Below the pieces are notes generated by a model, which saw only the letters and a program-made list of their open reading frames with translations, did no database searches and had not been told where the DNA came from. From positions 1,257,315 through 1,321,314 of the forward strand of contig CAWEUJ010000004.1 in NCBI GenBank assembly GCA_963812205.1: DNA of 64,000 bases, given 5' to 3'. Source of the DNA: an uncultured Actinomycetes bacterium (GTDB lineage: Bacteria > Actinomycetota > Acidimicrobiia > IMCC26256 > PALSA-610). The translations under genes were made by a program, and so were the position numbers. Positions 47,985-56,155 of this stretch are shown in pieces (position 1 is the stretch's first letter; each line of letters opens with the position of its first letter).

Positions 47985-48077
47985 GGTGAACGACGGCAAC
48001 GAGCCGGTGTGTGGCCCCCGAGCAACCGCGCGCGTCGTACCCCCGAGCGGCAAGCGAAGCTGAGCGAGCCGCCGGGC

Positions 48078-49607
48078 ATGAGTGCTGCCCAGGTCGCCGA
48101 GCAGCGGACGCGCTTCGGCGAATGGCTGCAGCGCCGGGCGCCGCAGACGCCGATCGTGGTGGTCGAGACGCACGTATCGATCGTGGCGTTGGGTGACGAT
48201 CGCGTGTGGAAGCTCAAGAAGGCGGTGCGGTTTCCGTTCATCGACCTCTCGACTCCCGAGCTGCGCCGAGCGAACGCCGAACGAGAAGTCAGTGTGAACC
48301 GGCGGTTCGCACCGGACGTGTACCTCGGCGTGGTCCCGCTGGAAGATCGCGGGGGAGAGGTGGTCGACACCGTCGTCGAGATGCGCCGGATGCCCGACGA
48401 GCGTCGCCTCGCGTCGTTGGCCCGCACGGCGGACCCGACCGCGTGTGTCGACGCGATCGCACAGGAGCTCGCGCGCATGCACCGCGCGGCGCCGACGAGC
48501 CCGGAGATCGACCGAGCCGGGATGCCGGCGACCCTGCTGCGCTTGTGGTCGAGCACCGTCGACGAGCTGAACCTGTCTGCGGGATCGGTCCTGGACGCTG
48601 ACCTTCTCGGTCGTGTCGATCGCCTCGGCCGGGAGTATCTGGCTGGTCGCACTCCGCTCTTGGAAGCGCGCGTGGCCGGCGGTCGGATCCGAGACGGGCA
48701 CGGCGACCTGCTCGCCGACGACGTGTTCTGTCTCGACGACGGCCCGCGACTCCTCGACTGCCTCGAGTTCGACGACGCCCTCCGATTCGGCGACGTCGTC
48801 GCCGACGTGGCGTTCCTGGCGATGGACCTCGAGCGGCTGGGGCGCGGCGACCTCGCGCGCCGCCTGCTCGACCGGTACCGATCGGCGAGCGGCGACAGCT
48901 GGCCCCCCTCGCTCGCCGACTATTACGTCGCCTACCGCGCCCTCATTCGCTCGAAGGTGGCGTGTCTGCGGGTCGACGCCGATCCGGTCGCCGCCGCGTC
49001 GGCCCGGCGGTTGCTGGCGCTCGCCGCCGACCACCTCACGCGCGGACGCGTCCGCCTCGTGCTGGTCGGCGGCGCGCCGGCGACGGGCAAGACGACACTG
49101 AGCCGCGAGCTGGAACGCAGTACCGGATGGCGGGCCCTGCACTCGGACGAGATCCGCAAACACCTCGCGGGGCTGCAGCCGACGACATCGGCCGCGAGCG
49201 TGCTCGATCACGGTTTGTACGCGCCGCAATGGAACGCACGCACGTACGACGCACTCCTCGAATCGGCGCGGGGCCTGCTCGCTTCGGGAGAGAGCGTGAT
49301 CCTCGACGCGTCGTGGAGCGACCGGGATCGTCGCGCCGACGCGCAGCGCGTCGCGGAGACGACGTCGAGCGAGCTCGTCTCCTTCTGCCTGAGTGCCCCG
49401 CCCGAGGTGGCCGAGGCGCGCGTGGCCGAGCGGGCGACCGCCCGCGTCGAGGGCTCGGCCGCCGACGCGTCGGACGCGACGGCCGCGGTCAGCGCCGCGG
49501 TCCGAGCCCGGTTCGACCCGTGGCCGTCGGCGTTCGTTCTCGACGCCACCCGCGCTCCGGCCGTCCTCGCGTCCGAAGCGATCGAACGCCTCGACGAGGT
49601 GACGTGA
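48078..49607 (+). CDS. Bifunctional APH-like phosphotransferase / P-loop (AAA_33) kinase, Rv2004c-like
   Basis: It has an APH catalytic-loop-like segment DGHGDLLADDVFCLDDG and the C-terminal Walker A GGAPATGKTT. This architecture matches the DosR-regulon protein Rv2004c (from memory). Confidence 0.7.
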   Translation: MSAAQVAEQRTRFGEWLQRRAPQTPIVVVETHVSIVALGDDRVWKLKKAVRFPFIDLSTPELRRANAEREVSVNRRFAPDVYLGVVPLEDRGGEVVDTVVEMRRMPDERRLASLARTADPTACVDAIAQELARMHRAAPTSPEIDRAGMPATLLRLWSSTVDELNLSAGSVLDADLLGRVDRLGREYLAGRTPLLEARVAGGRIRDGHGDLLADDVFCLDDGPRLLDCLEFDDALRFGDVVADVAFLAMDLERLGRGDLARRLLDRYRSASGDSWPPSLADYYVAYRALIRSKVACLRVDADPVAAASARRLLALAADHLTRGRVRLVLVGGAPATGKTTLSRELERSTGWRALHSDEIRKHLAGLQPTTSAASVLDHGLYAPQWNARTYDALLESARGLLASGESVILDASWSDRDRRADAQRVAETTSSELVSFCLSAPPEVAEARVAERATARVEGSAADASDATAAVSAAVRARFDPWPSAFVLDATRAPAVLASEAIERLDEVT

Positions 49608-49610
49608 TCG

Positions 49611-50009
49611 TCACGCGTTCGGGTGGAGCCGGCGCCCTTCGATCTTCTCGATGGTGACGTGCACGAGATCGTGCCGCTCGCTTGCGGGCCAGAACTCCTC
49701 GAGCCGGGCCGAAGCCTCGGTGAGTGCCGGTGTCGCGACGCGCGCCTCGTGCGCGTGCCCGACCACGAGCACGCTCCAGCCGCCGTCGCGGTCGTCGACC
49801 TCGAAGGCCACGCGGGTGTCGAGCGCCGCCGCCATCAACTTCGTGCCCGGGTCGGTCCGGAACACGACCTCGTCCTTGGCGACCGCGTAGTAGACGGGCA
49901 GGATGACCGGCTCGTCGGCGATCTTCGTCCCGATCCGCCCGAACGAGTTGGCCCGGAGCAATTCCATGCACTCGTCAGGCCCGATCCGGTCGAGTCCTCG
50001 GCTGGTCAT
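49611..50009 (-). CDS. PPOX-like protein, paralogue 3
   Basis: It has IGPDECMELLRANSFGRIGTKIADEPVILPVYYAVAKDEVVFRT...GWSVLVVGHA. Confidence 0.8.
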   Translation of the reverse strand: MTSRGLDRIGPDECMELLRANSFGRIGTKIADEPVILPVYYAVAKDEVVFRTDPGTKLMAAALDTRVAFEVDDRDGGWSVLVVGHAHEARVATPALTEASARLEEFWPASERHDLVHVTIEKIEGRRLHPNA

Positions 50010-50027
50010 GGCGCCTCCTTCGTGTCG

Positions 50028-50042
50028 GTGGCAGCGTGCCAC
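50028..50042. promoter_or_regulatory. Perfect palindrome GTGGCA-GCG-TGCCAC just upstream of PPOX paralogue 3
   Basis: Read directly, 19-33 nt upstream of the start at 50009. It could be an operator or a 5'-UTR hairpin. Confidence 0.25.
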
Positions 50043-50157
50043 ATCCAGAACCCTGCCTGCTCTGGTCCCCGCCAAATAGAGGCGACCGGCCCTGGTTCTC
50101 GTGCCGCTCGCGATTGACGATCGAAGCGCAACGATGCTCCGACGAGAGGAGACGGGG

Positions 50158-51201
50158 ATGAAGGCACTCGTGTATCACGGCCCGGGCCGCAAAGCGTGGG
50201 AGGAAGTGCCGAAGCCGGCACTCGTCGCCGACACCGATGCGATCGTACGTGTCGACGCGGTAACGATCTGCGGTACCGACCTCCACATCCTGAAGGGGGA
50301 TGTGCCCGAGGTCGTCGACGGTCGGGTGCTCGGCCACGAAGCGGTCGGTACCGTCGAAGAGGTGGGCGCGGGTGTGAAGAACGTCAAGCCCGGCGACCGG
50401 GTGCTGGTGTCGTGCATCACGTCGTGCGGCGCGTGCCGGTTCTGCCGTGAAGGTCACTATGGCTTGTGCATCGGTGGTGGCGGCTGGATCCTCGGTCATC
50501 TGATCGACGGCACGCAGGCCGAGTACGTGCGCGTGCCCTTCGCCGACACGTCGACGTATCCCGTACCGAACGGGGTCTCCGACGAGGACACGCTGATGGT
50601 CGCCGACATCTTGCCCACCGGCTACGAGGTCGGCGTTCTGAACGGCCATGTCTCTCCCGGCGACGTCGTCGCGGTCGTCGGCGCGGGACCGATCGGGCTC
50701 GCGGCGATCACCGGGGCGCGGCTGTACAGCCCGGGCCACATCGTCGCGATCGATCTGGCGCCGTCACGGCTCGAGGCCGCGAAGCAGTTCGGGGCCGACG
50801 TCGTGGTCGACCCGGCCCACGAGGACCCGCTCACGGTCGTGCGGAGCCTGACGAACGGCCTCGGCGCCGACGTCGCCATCGAGGCGGTCGGTACTCCGGC
50901 CACGTTCGAGCTGACCGTCTCACTGGCCCGCTCCGGAGGTCACATCGCGAACATCGGTGTGCACGGCGAGCCGGCGACGCTGCATCTCGAGGAGCTGTGG
51001 ATCAAGGACGTGACGATCACGACCGGCCTCGTCGACACGTCGTCCACGCCGACGTTCCTGAAGCTGCTCGCGGGACGTCAGGTCGACGCCGGTCGATTCG
51101 TCACGCATCACTTCGCACTCGACGAGTTCGAAAAGGCCTACGACGTCTTCGCCCGCGCGGGCGAGACCGGCGCGTTGAAGGTCGTGTTGCAGCGGCATTG
51201 A
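50158..51201 (+). CDS. Zinc-dependent alcohol dehydrogenase (MDR family)
   Basis: It has MKALVYHGPG...ICGTDLHILKG...GHEAVGTVEEVG, a structural-Zn Cys cluster CGACRFC, and the Rossmann GAGPIGL. GAGGAG RBS upstream. Confidence 0.9.
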   Translation: MKALVYHGPGRKAWEEVPKPALVADTDAIVRVDAVTICGTDLHILKGDVPEVVDGRVLGHEAVGTVEEVGAGVKNVKPGDRVLVSCITSCGACRFCREGHYGLCIGGGGWILGHLIDGTQAEYVRVPFADTSTYPVPNGVSDEDTLMVADILPTGYEVGVLNGHVSPGDVVAVVGAGPIGLAAITGARLYSPGHIVAIDLAPSRLEAAKQFGADVVVDPAHEDPLTVVRSLTNGLGADVAIEAVGTPATFELTVSLARSGGHIANIGVHGEPATLHLEELWIKDVTITTGLVDTSSTPTFLKLLAGRQVDAGRFVTHHFALDEFEKAYDVFARAGETGALKVVLQRH

Positions 51202-51232
51202 CCCGAGTCCGGGGCGGGCGCGGCCCTGATGT

Positions 51233-51787
51233 TCACTCGGCGCGGTGCAGGGTGTTGTGATCGGTGTGGGGAAACGGCTCGTCGAACTCCGTCATGTCGA
51301 GCATCGTGATCTCGTGGTACGTCCAGGTGCCGTCGTCGTTGATCGTGATCGTCACCGCGTAGCTCGAGGTCGACGCGTTCGCAGCCAAGTACTTGTTCTG
51401 GCCAATGGTGTAGTTGGGATCGTCGGCCGCCGCTTCGAGGGAGAAGGTCGTAGCGTCGTGCGGGACCGTTCCGCCCGCGAGCACCGTGATGCCACGCGGT
51501 ACGACGAAGCCGCGGAGGGTCTCACCTGTCGCGCCGTCCCAGAGCCAGTATCCGACCTCGGTGTGAAACGGGTTCTCCTCGTCACCGCGCCACATCGCGG
51601 TCTTGTAGTCGAGGCCGTAGAGCGATTGGCGCCCGTTTTGCACCGGACCGAACGGTTTGAAGCTCAACTTCTCGCGATACGGCGTCGCGAGCACCGCGTG
51701 CTGCGTGTGCGAGTAGGCGGTGTCGAGACCGCCCTCGCCGTACCAGTCGCCGGCCAGCGGCGCGAGCGGCCCCCAATGGTCGGCCAT
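51233..51787 (-). CDS. Heme-binding beta-barrel (nitrobindin/THAP4-like, DUF1794) protein
   Basis: 184 aa from MADHWGPLAPLAGDWYGEGG. The pattern ...YREKLSFKPFGPV...LYGLDYKT...FHTEVGYWLWD resembles the nitrobindin fold family. Confidence 0.6.
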   Translation of the reverse strand: MADHWGPLAPLAGDWYGEGGLDTAYSHTQHAVLATPYREKLSFKPFGPVQNGRQSLYGLDYKTAMWRGDEENPFHTEVGYWLWDGATGETLRGFVVPRGITVLAGGTVPHDATTFSLEAAADDPNYTIGQNKYLAANASTSSYAVTITINDDGTWTYHEITMLDMTEFDEPFPHTDHNTLHRAE

Positions 51788-51819
51788 GTCGATGCTCCGT
51801 TCGGTCGTTCGCCGAGCGA

Positions 51820-52257
51820 TCAGGGAATGATCAGCAACGGGCGGTTCAGGTGATGCGACAGGTGGTGGCTCGTGCTCCCGAGGATCAACTCGGCGAAGCC
51901 GCCGCGGCCCCGGCGGCCGGTGACCACGAGATCGGCGTCTTCCTTCTCGGAGAGCGCGATGATCGCCGGTGCCGGCGAACCGTCGATCACCACTGCCCGA
52001 AACGGAACATCCGCTCGCTCGAGGGGAGCGCACCATTCGTGCAGGATCTTCTCGCGTAGCTCCGCCCGATCCGCGTCCGACGGCGCCGGCAGCGGTGCCG
52101 GAATCGGGGCGAAGCCGAAGCCCCCGTCGGCGTATATCGGCATCTCGAGCGCGTATACGGCGATGATCTCCGCGTCGAGCGCCTTCGCGTGCGCGGCACA
52201 CCATTCGAGCGCTCGAGTCGCCGGCGCCGATCCGTCTACTCCCACGATGATTTTCAT
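51820..52257 (-). CDS. Universal stress protein (single Usp domain)
   Basis: 145 aa. It has MKIIVGVDGS...DLVVTGRRGRGGFAELILGSTSHHLSHH (ATP-binding G-2x-G-9x-G(S/T) motif). Confidence 0.85.
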   Translation of the reverse strand: MKIIVGVDGSAPATRALEWCAAHAKALDAEIIAVYALEMPIYADGGFGFAPIPAPLPAPSDADRAELREKILHEWCAPLERADVPFRAVVIDGSPAPAIIALSEKEDADLVVTGRRGRGGFAELILGSTSHHLSHHLNRPLLIIP

Positions 52258-52292
52258 ACCCTGATCTTGTCGCGTCGGCGAGCCCGTCGTGA

Positions 52293-52306
52293 GGGGCGAA
52301 AGACCC
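52293..52306. promoter_or_regulatory. DosR-box-like inverted repeat GGGGC-GAAA-GACCC upstream of the USP/nitrobindin operon
   Basis: It lies 36-49 nt upstream of the USP start at 52257. It has the same half-site spacing as the M. tuberculosis DosR consensus GGGAC-N4-GTCCC, and the arms are mutually complementary at 4 of 5 positions. Confidence 0.35.
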
Positions 52307-52360
52307 TGAGCGGCGGGGCTCCGGCCCCTGACGGCCGAAGCCCCCGGGAACGAGGGGGCG

Positions 52361-52384
52361 AGCTACAGGTAGAGCTACAGGTAG
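52361..52384. repeat. 12-bp tandem duplication (AGCTACAGGTAG x2) spanning the stop codon of PPOX paralogue 4
   Basis: Read directly. The second copy contains the TAG stop (52375-52377, minus strand). Confidence 0.8.
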
Positions 52385-52815
52385 TCGCCGGCACGGAAGT
52401 GCCAGAGCGGCTCCGCGCCGTGGAGCTCGCGCCCGCTGATCGCCCACGGGTCGACGAGCAGCCAGGCGTCCCTGCCCGCGAGCCACGGCTCCGAGTCGTA
52501 CTGCTCCCGAAACGCATCGGAGTTGGGCGTGGCATGCAACAGATCGCCGCGGACGAGGACCGACCAGCCCTCGTGATGCCCGGGATCGATGCTGTCGACC
52601 TCGAAGGCCACGCTGGTGGGTGCTTGCTCGACGAGGTTGCCGGGCCGTGTCCGCAGCGCGATCAGGGTCCCAGACGGAGCATCGACGACGCGGTAGTTCA
52701 CGGGCAGGATGACCGGGCCCTCTTCGGCAATGAACGCGATGCGACCGATGCTCTCTCTCCGCAAACGCTGCAGGCATTCTTCGTCCGAGAGTGTTTCGAG
52801 CTCGCCGTCAGTCAT
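52375..52815 (-). CDS. PPOX-like protein, paralogue 4
   Basis: It has LSDEECLQRLRRESIGRIAFIAEEGPVILPVNYRVV...GWSVLVRGDL. The start overlaps the tandem-USP stop by 8 nt. Confidence 0.8.
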   Translation of the reverse strand: MTDGELETLSDEECLQRLRRESIGRIAFIAEEGPVILPVNYRVVDAPSGTLIALRTRPGNLVEQAPTSVAFEVDSIDPGHHEGWSVLVRGDLLHATPNSDAFREQYDSEPWLAGRDAWLLVDPWAISGRELHGAEPLWHFRAGDYL

Positions 52816-53614
52816 GGCCGGTCGCCTCGGTCATGTGATGGGTCACGAGTAACGGGCACGGCGCGAGATGCAAGACGCCCATCGTCACGCTGCCGAGCGC
52901 CACCCGCGCCAGGCCGTGCCGGGCTCGGCAGTTGATCGCCACGATCGCCGCCGGGAGCTCCTCGGCGTAGTCGGCGAGCGCACCGGGCACGTAGCTACTG
53001 CGCAGCAGCGCCGACCGCACGTGATCCGAGCCCCCGAACGGAGCGGTCACGAGGCCGAGGAGCTCGTCGGGATGCTCCGAGTTCTCCACGTCGAGCGGAT
53101 GCGTCACGACGGCGACGTCGACGTCCAGACCCAGCAGGGCTGACCATTCACCGGCCGCGGCGGCGAGCTCTTCGGACCCTTCGAGACCGTCGGAGCACGC
53201 CAGGAGGTGTGAGGAACGCGTCAGGAAGTCGGCCCGGCAATGCTGCCCGACGAGGAGTATCGGTCGTCCGGCGTGCCGTATCACCTCCTCGGCCACGCTG
53301 CCGAGTGCCGCCCAGCGCAGTCGACCGCGGCCGTGCGTGGTCATGCAGATGACGCGATCGTCGTCGCCCTCGACCACCTCGACGAGTGCCGCTACCGGGT
53401 ACGTGGTCTTCGTGCCCACGATCTCGACCGGAACCCGCGCAGTGCGCGCCGCGCATTCTTCGAGGTACTCGGTCGGCTCGAGGGGTCCGTAGTGTTGCGC
53501 CGAGACCAGCAACAGACCGCCGCCGACCCGTTCCGCCAGCGTCTGCGCCACCGGCAAGGCGCGCTCGGCGAACTCGGATCCGTCGAGCGGGACGACGAAC
53601 GTCTTGGGTGCCAT
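52808..53614 (-). CDS. Tandem universal stress protein (two Usp domains)
   Basis: 268 aa. It has MAPKTFVVPLDGSEFAERALPVA...TTHGRGRLRWAALGSVAEEVIRHA plus a second Usp half. Confidence 0.85.
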   Translation of the reverse strand: MAPKTFVVPLDGSEFAERALPVAQTLAERVGGGLLLVSAQHYGPLEPTEYLEECAARTARVPVEIVGTKTTYPVAALVEVVEGDDDRVICMTTHGRGRLRWAALGSVAEEVIRHAGRPILLVGQHCRADFLTRSSHLLACSDGLEGSEELAAAAGEWSALLGLDVDVAVVTHPLDVENSEHPDELLGLVTAPFGGSDHVRSALLRSSYVPGALADYAEELPAAIVAINCRARHGLARVALGSVTMGVLHLAPCPLLVTHHMTEATGHD

Positions 53615-53620
53615 GTCGAT

Positions 53621-53664
53621 CCTCTCGGTGACGCGGCCTCTCGGTGGCGCGCGGCCTCTCGGTG
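53621..53664. repeat. Three direct copies of CCTCTCGGTG(A/G)CGCG in the leader of the tandem USP gene (minus-strand sense CACCGAGAGG)
   Basis: The copies are at 53621-30, 53637-46 and 53655-64 (spacing 16 and 18 nt). The copy nearest the ATG supplies the GAGAGG Shine-Dalgarno. Confidence 0.7.
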
Positions 53665-53713
53665 GCGCGCGGCCTGTGGCTTCGACGCTAGGCGCGATGC
53701 CGGCACGGGTTCA

Positions 53714-53749
53714 GGGGATCACGCCCCCGCCTGACGGGACGAAGGGCCC
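53714..53749. promoter_or_regulatory. Two adjacent DosR-box-like elements: GGGGA-TCAC-GCCCC (53714-27) and GGGAC-GAAG-GGCCC (53736-49)
   Basis: They lie in the divergent region between the tandem USP (start 53614) and the 746-aa unknown (start 53774). They have the architecture GGGnn-N4-GnCCC. Confidence 0.3.
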
Positions 53750-53773
53750 GAGGGTCGCCGGCGATCCGATTGA

Positions 53774-56014
53774 ATGCCCGGCGTGAGCGATGGCGACGCA
53801 CGCGGATACAGCCTCGGCGCGGGCCCGCTGCAGGTTCGTCTGACGGCCGGCGGCGTGTTACGTGTTGGATGGGACGAGCCCGACTGGCTCGGGCCCGCAA
53901 CGCTGCGAGTGCCGGGACCCCCCACGATGCCCGCGGTCTCGGGCTCCGACGCGTGGCTCACCGTGGAGTCCGGCGGTATCCGCAGTGAGGTGCGCGCCCT
54001 CTCCGGAGAACCGGTCGTCGTCGTCCGCCTCGAGGCGCTCGTCGCGCGCTCGGGCGCGGGCTCCGGGAACTTCGCGGAACCCGCGATCGCGTGGCACTTC
54101 GCGCCCGCCGAGCGCGCCGAGCGCGGCGCCCCGGAAGGGATGCGCGCGTTCGGTCACCAGTACACGGAGTTCGCGTTGGCGGTGTTCAGCGACGCCGCGT
54201 TGTCGCGTTGGCGACTCTTGCCGTTCCGACCGGCCGTGGTGATGCCGCTCGGGGTGGTCGCGCCCGACGGCCGGACGATGTTGCTCGCGCCGCTCACCGC
54301 GTTCCACGAGCAGGTGATCGCGGTGCCCGCCGGCCGGGAGCAATCCGGGGCCGGTCTGCGCGCGGGCTGGCACGGCGACATCGACGACGTGGAAGCAGGA
54401 TTCGCGACCGAGCTCGCGATCATCGCCGGCGATGGAGTGCGCGACTGCTTCGCGCGCTGGGCTCGCTTGCTCCGGGAGGCATCCGGCGTGGCCGCACCGT
54501 CGCGAGACGCCGATGTGCTCGGGACCCGGCTCTCCTACTGGACCGACAACGGCAGCGCGTACTGGTATCGCACCGAGCCGGGACTCGACACCGCGTCGAC
54601 GATCGTCGCGGCGGTCGATGATCTCGAGGCGCGCGGTGCGCCGGTCGGTGCGGTCCAGCTCGACTCGTGGTGGTACCCGCACGAAGTGTTGCGCCCGTTC
54701 GACACGGACGAGTGGGTTGTCCCGCCGACCGGCATGGTTCGCTGGGAACCCCGGGCCGACGTGCTGCCCGACGGCATTGCCGCGTTGCGCGAACGGCTCG
54801 GGCGACGTCCGCTCGTCGCGCACTGCCGGCATCTCTGCGCGCAGTCTGCGTACGCCGGCGACATGGCGATGTGGACCGACGGCGACCGCGCGCATCCGCA
54901 GGACGCCGAGTTGTACGAGCGTCTTCTCGACCAGGCGGTCGCGTGGGGCGTCGAAGTGTTCGAGCACGACTGGCTCATCGAGTGCTTTCTCGGCGTGCGC
55001 GGCCTGCGCGCGCCCGGCCGGGCCGCGGCCTGGCAGGAGGGCATCGACGCCGCGCTCGAAGCGCGCGATCTCCACGCGCAGTGGTGCATGGCATCGCCCG
55101 CCGACTTCGCGCAGACCAGCCGGCTGCGAAACGTCACCTCGATCCGCACGAGCGGCGACCACGGCTACATGGTCGGCCCCGAGGTGTTGTGGGCCTGGTT
55201 CCTGCACACCAACGTGATGGCGCGCGCGCTCGGCCAGTGGCCCTACAAGGACGTGTTCCACTCCGCCCGCACCTCCGAGACGCGCGAGGTCGAGGCGTTG
55301 CTCGCGGCGCTTTCGGCGGGTCCGGTCGGCATCGGTGACCGGATCGGCGCCGCCGACGTCGACCTGATCCGGCGGACATGCCGCGCCGACGGCGTGCTCG
55401 TACGCCCCGACGTGCCGATCGCCGCGATCGATCGCGCCGCTTTCACCGCTCCCGTATGGTCGGGCGAACTGATCGTCGCGAGTACGCACTCGCAGCACTC
55501 CGCCGGGCGGTGGGCGTACGTCACAACGTGCAACGTGGGATCCGACGAATCTCGATCGGCGCGGGTGTCCCTTGCCGACCTCGGTGAGGACCGTCCGGAG
55601 ACGCAGGAGGTCGCGGTCTACGACTGGCGGAGCGGCCGGGTCGAGGTGATCCCCGGCGACGGCGGATTCGAGGTCACGCTCGCGCGGGCCGAATGGGACT
55701 ACCGGGTGGTCGCGCCCGTGCTCGCGAACGGCATTGCGGTGCTCGGTGACCCGACGCTCTATGCCTGCGCAGGCGACACGCGCGTGGCCCGCGTCACCGA
55801 TGAGCGCGACCGGGTGGTCGTCACGTTGTTGGGCGCGGGCGAGCGCGTGCACGTGCGCGGTTGGGCGCGCCGGCCGGTCGCGGCACGAGCCTGGTCGCCG
55901 GCTGCCGGCGGTGCCGAGGTCGAGGTGACCAACGCCGCCGATACCGGCGAGTGGGACGTCGAGGTCTCCGTCCCCGGAGCCGGCTGGGCGAAGCTGTACG
56001 TCCGGTTGGCCTGA
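53774..56014 (+). CDS. Large conserved hypothetical protein (possible TIM-barrel glycoside-hydrolase-like core)
   Basis: 746-aa ORF with normal amino-acid composition for this genome. The segments VQLDSWWYPHE and VEVFEHDWL resemble beta-strand-end acidic motifs of (beta/alpha)8 glycosidases, but I cannot assign a family. Confidence 0.5.
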   Translation: MPGVSDGDARGYSLGAGPLQVRLTAGGVLRVGWDEPDWLGPATLRVPGPPTMPAVSGSDAWLTVESGGIRSEVRALSGEPVVVVRLEALVARSGAGSGNFAEPAIAWHFAPAERAERGAPEGMRAFGHQYTEFALAVFSDAALSRWRLLPFRPAVVMPLGVVAPDGRTMLLAPLTAFHEQVIAVPAGREQSGAGLRAGWHGDIDDVEAGFATELAIIAGDGVRDCFARWARLLREASGVAAPSRDADVLGTRLSYWTDNGSAYWYRTEPGLDTASTIVAAVDDLEARGAPVGAVQLDSWWYPHEVLRPFDTDEWVVPPTGMVRWEPRADVLPDGIAALRERLGRRPLVAHCRHLCAQSAYAGDMAMWTDGDRAHPQDAELYERLLDQAVAWGVEVFEHDWLIECFLGVRGLRAPGRAAAWQEGIDAALEARDLHAQWCMASPADFAQTSRLRNVTSIRTSGDHGYMVGPEVLWAWFLHTNVMARALGQWPYKDVFHSARTSETREVEALLAALSAGPVGIGDRIGAADVDLIRRTCRADGVLVRPDVPIAAIDRAAFTAPVWSGELIVASTHSQHSAGRWAYVTTCNVGSDESRSARVSLADLGEDRPETQEVAVYDWRSGRVEVIPGDGGFEVTLARAEWDYRVVAPVLANGIAVLGDPTLYACAGDTRVARVTDERDRVVVTLLGAGERVHVRGWARRPVAARAWSPAAGGAEVEVTNAADTGEWDVEVSVPGAGWAKLYVRLA

Positions 56015-56155
56015 TCGCGCCCTCGGGTGCCCGGCGGCTCGCGGTGACGGGCCGTGCTCGCCGTGACGGACCGTGTTCGCCGTGATCAACGTCCCGGGCG
56101 CGGCGAAACTCGCGTGCCGGGATCGGATTCCCAGGCCGGTGGCGAGCGCGACACA

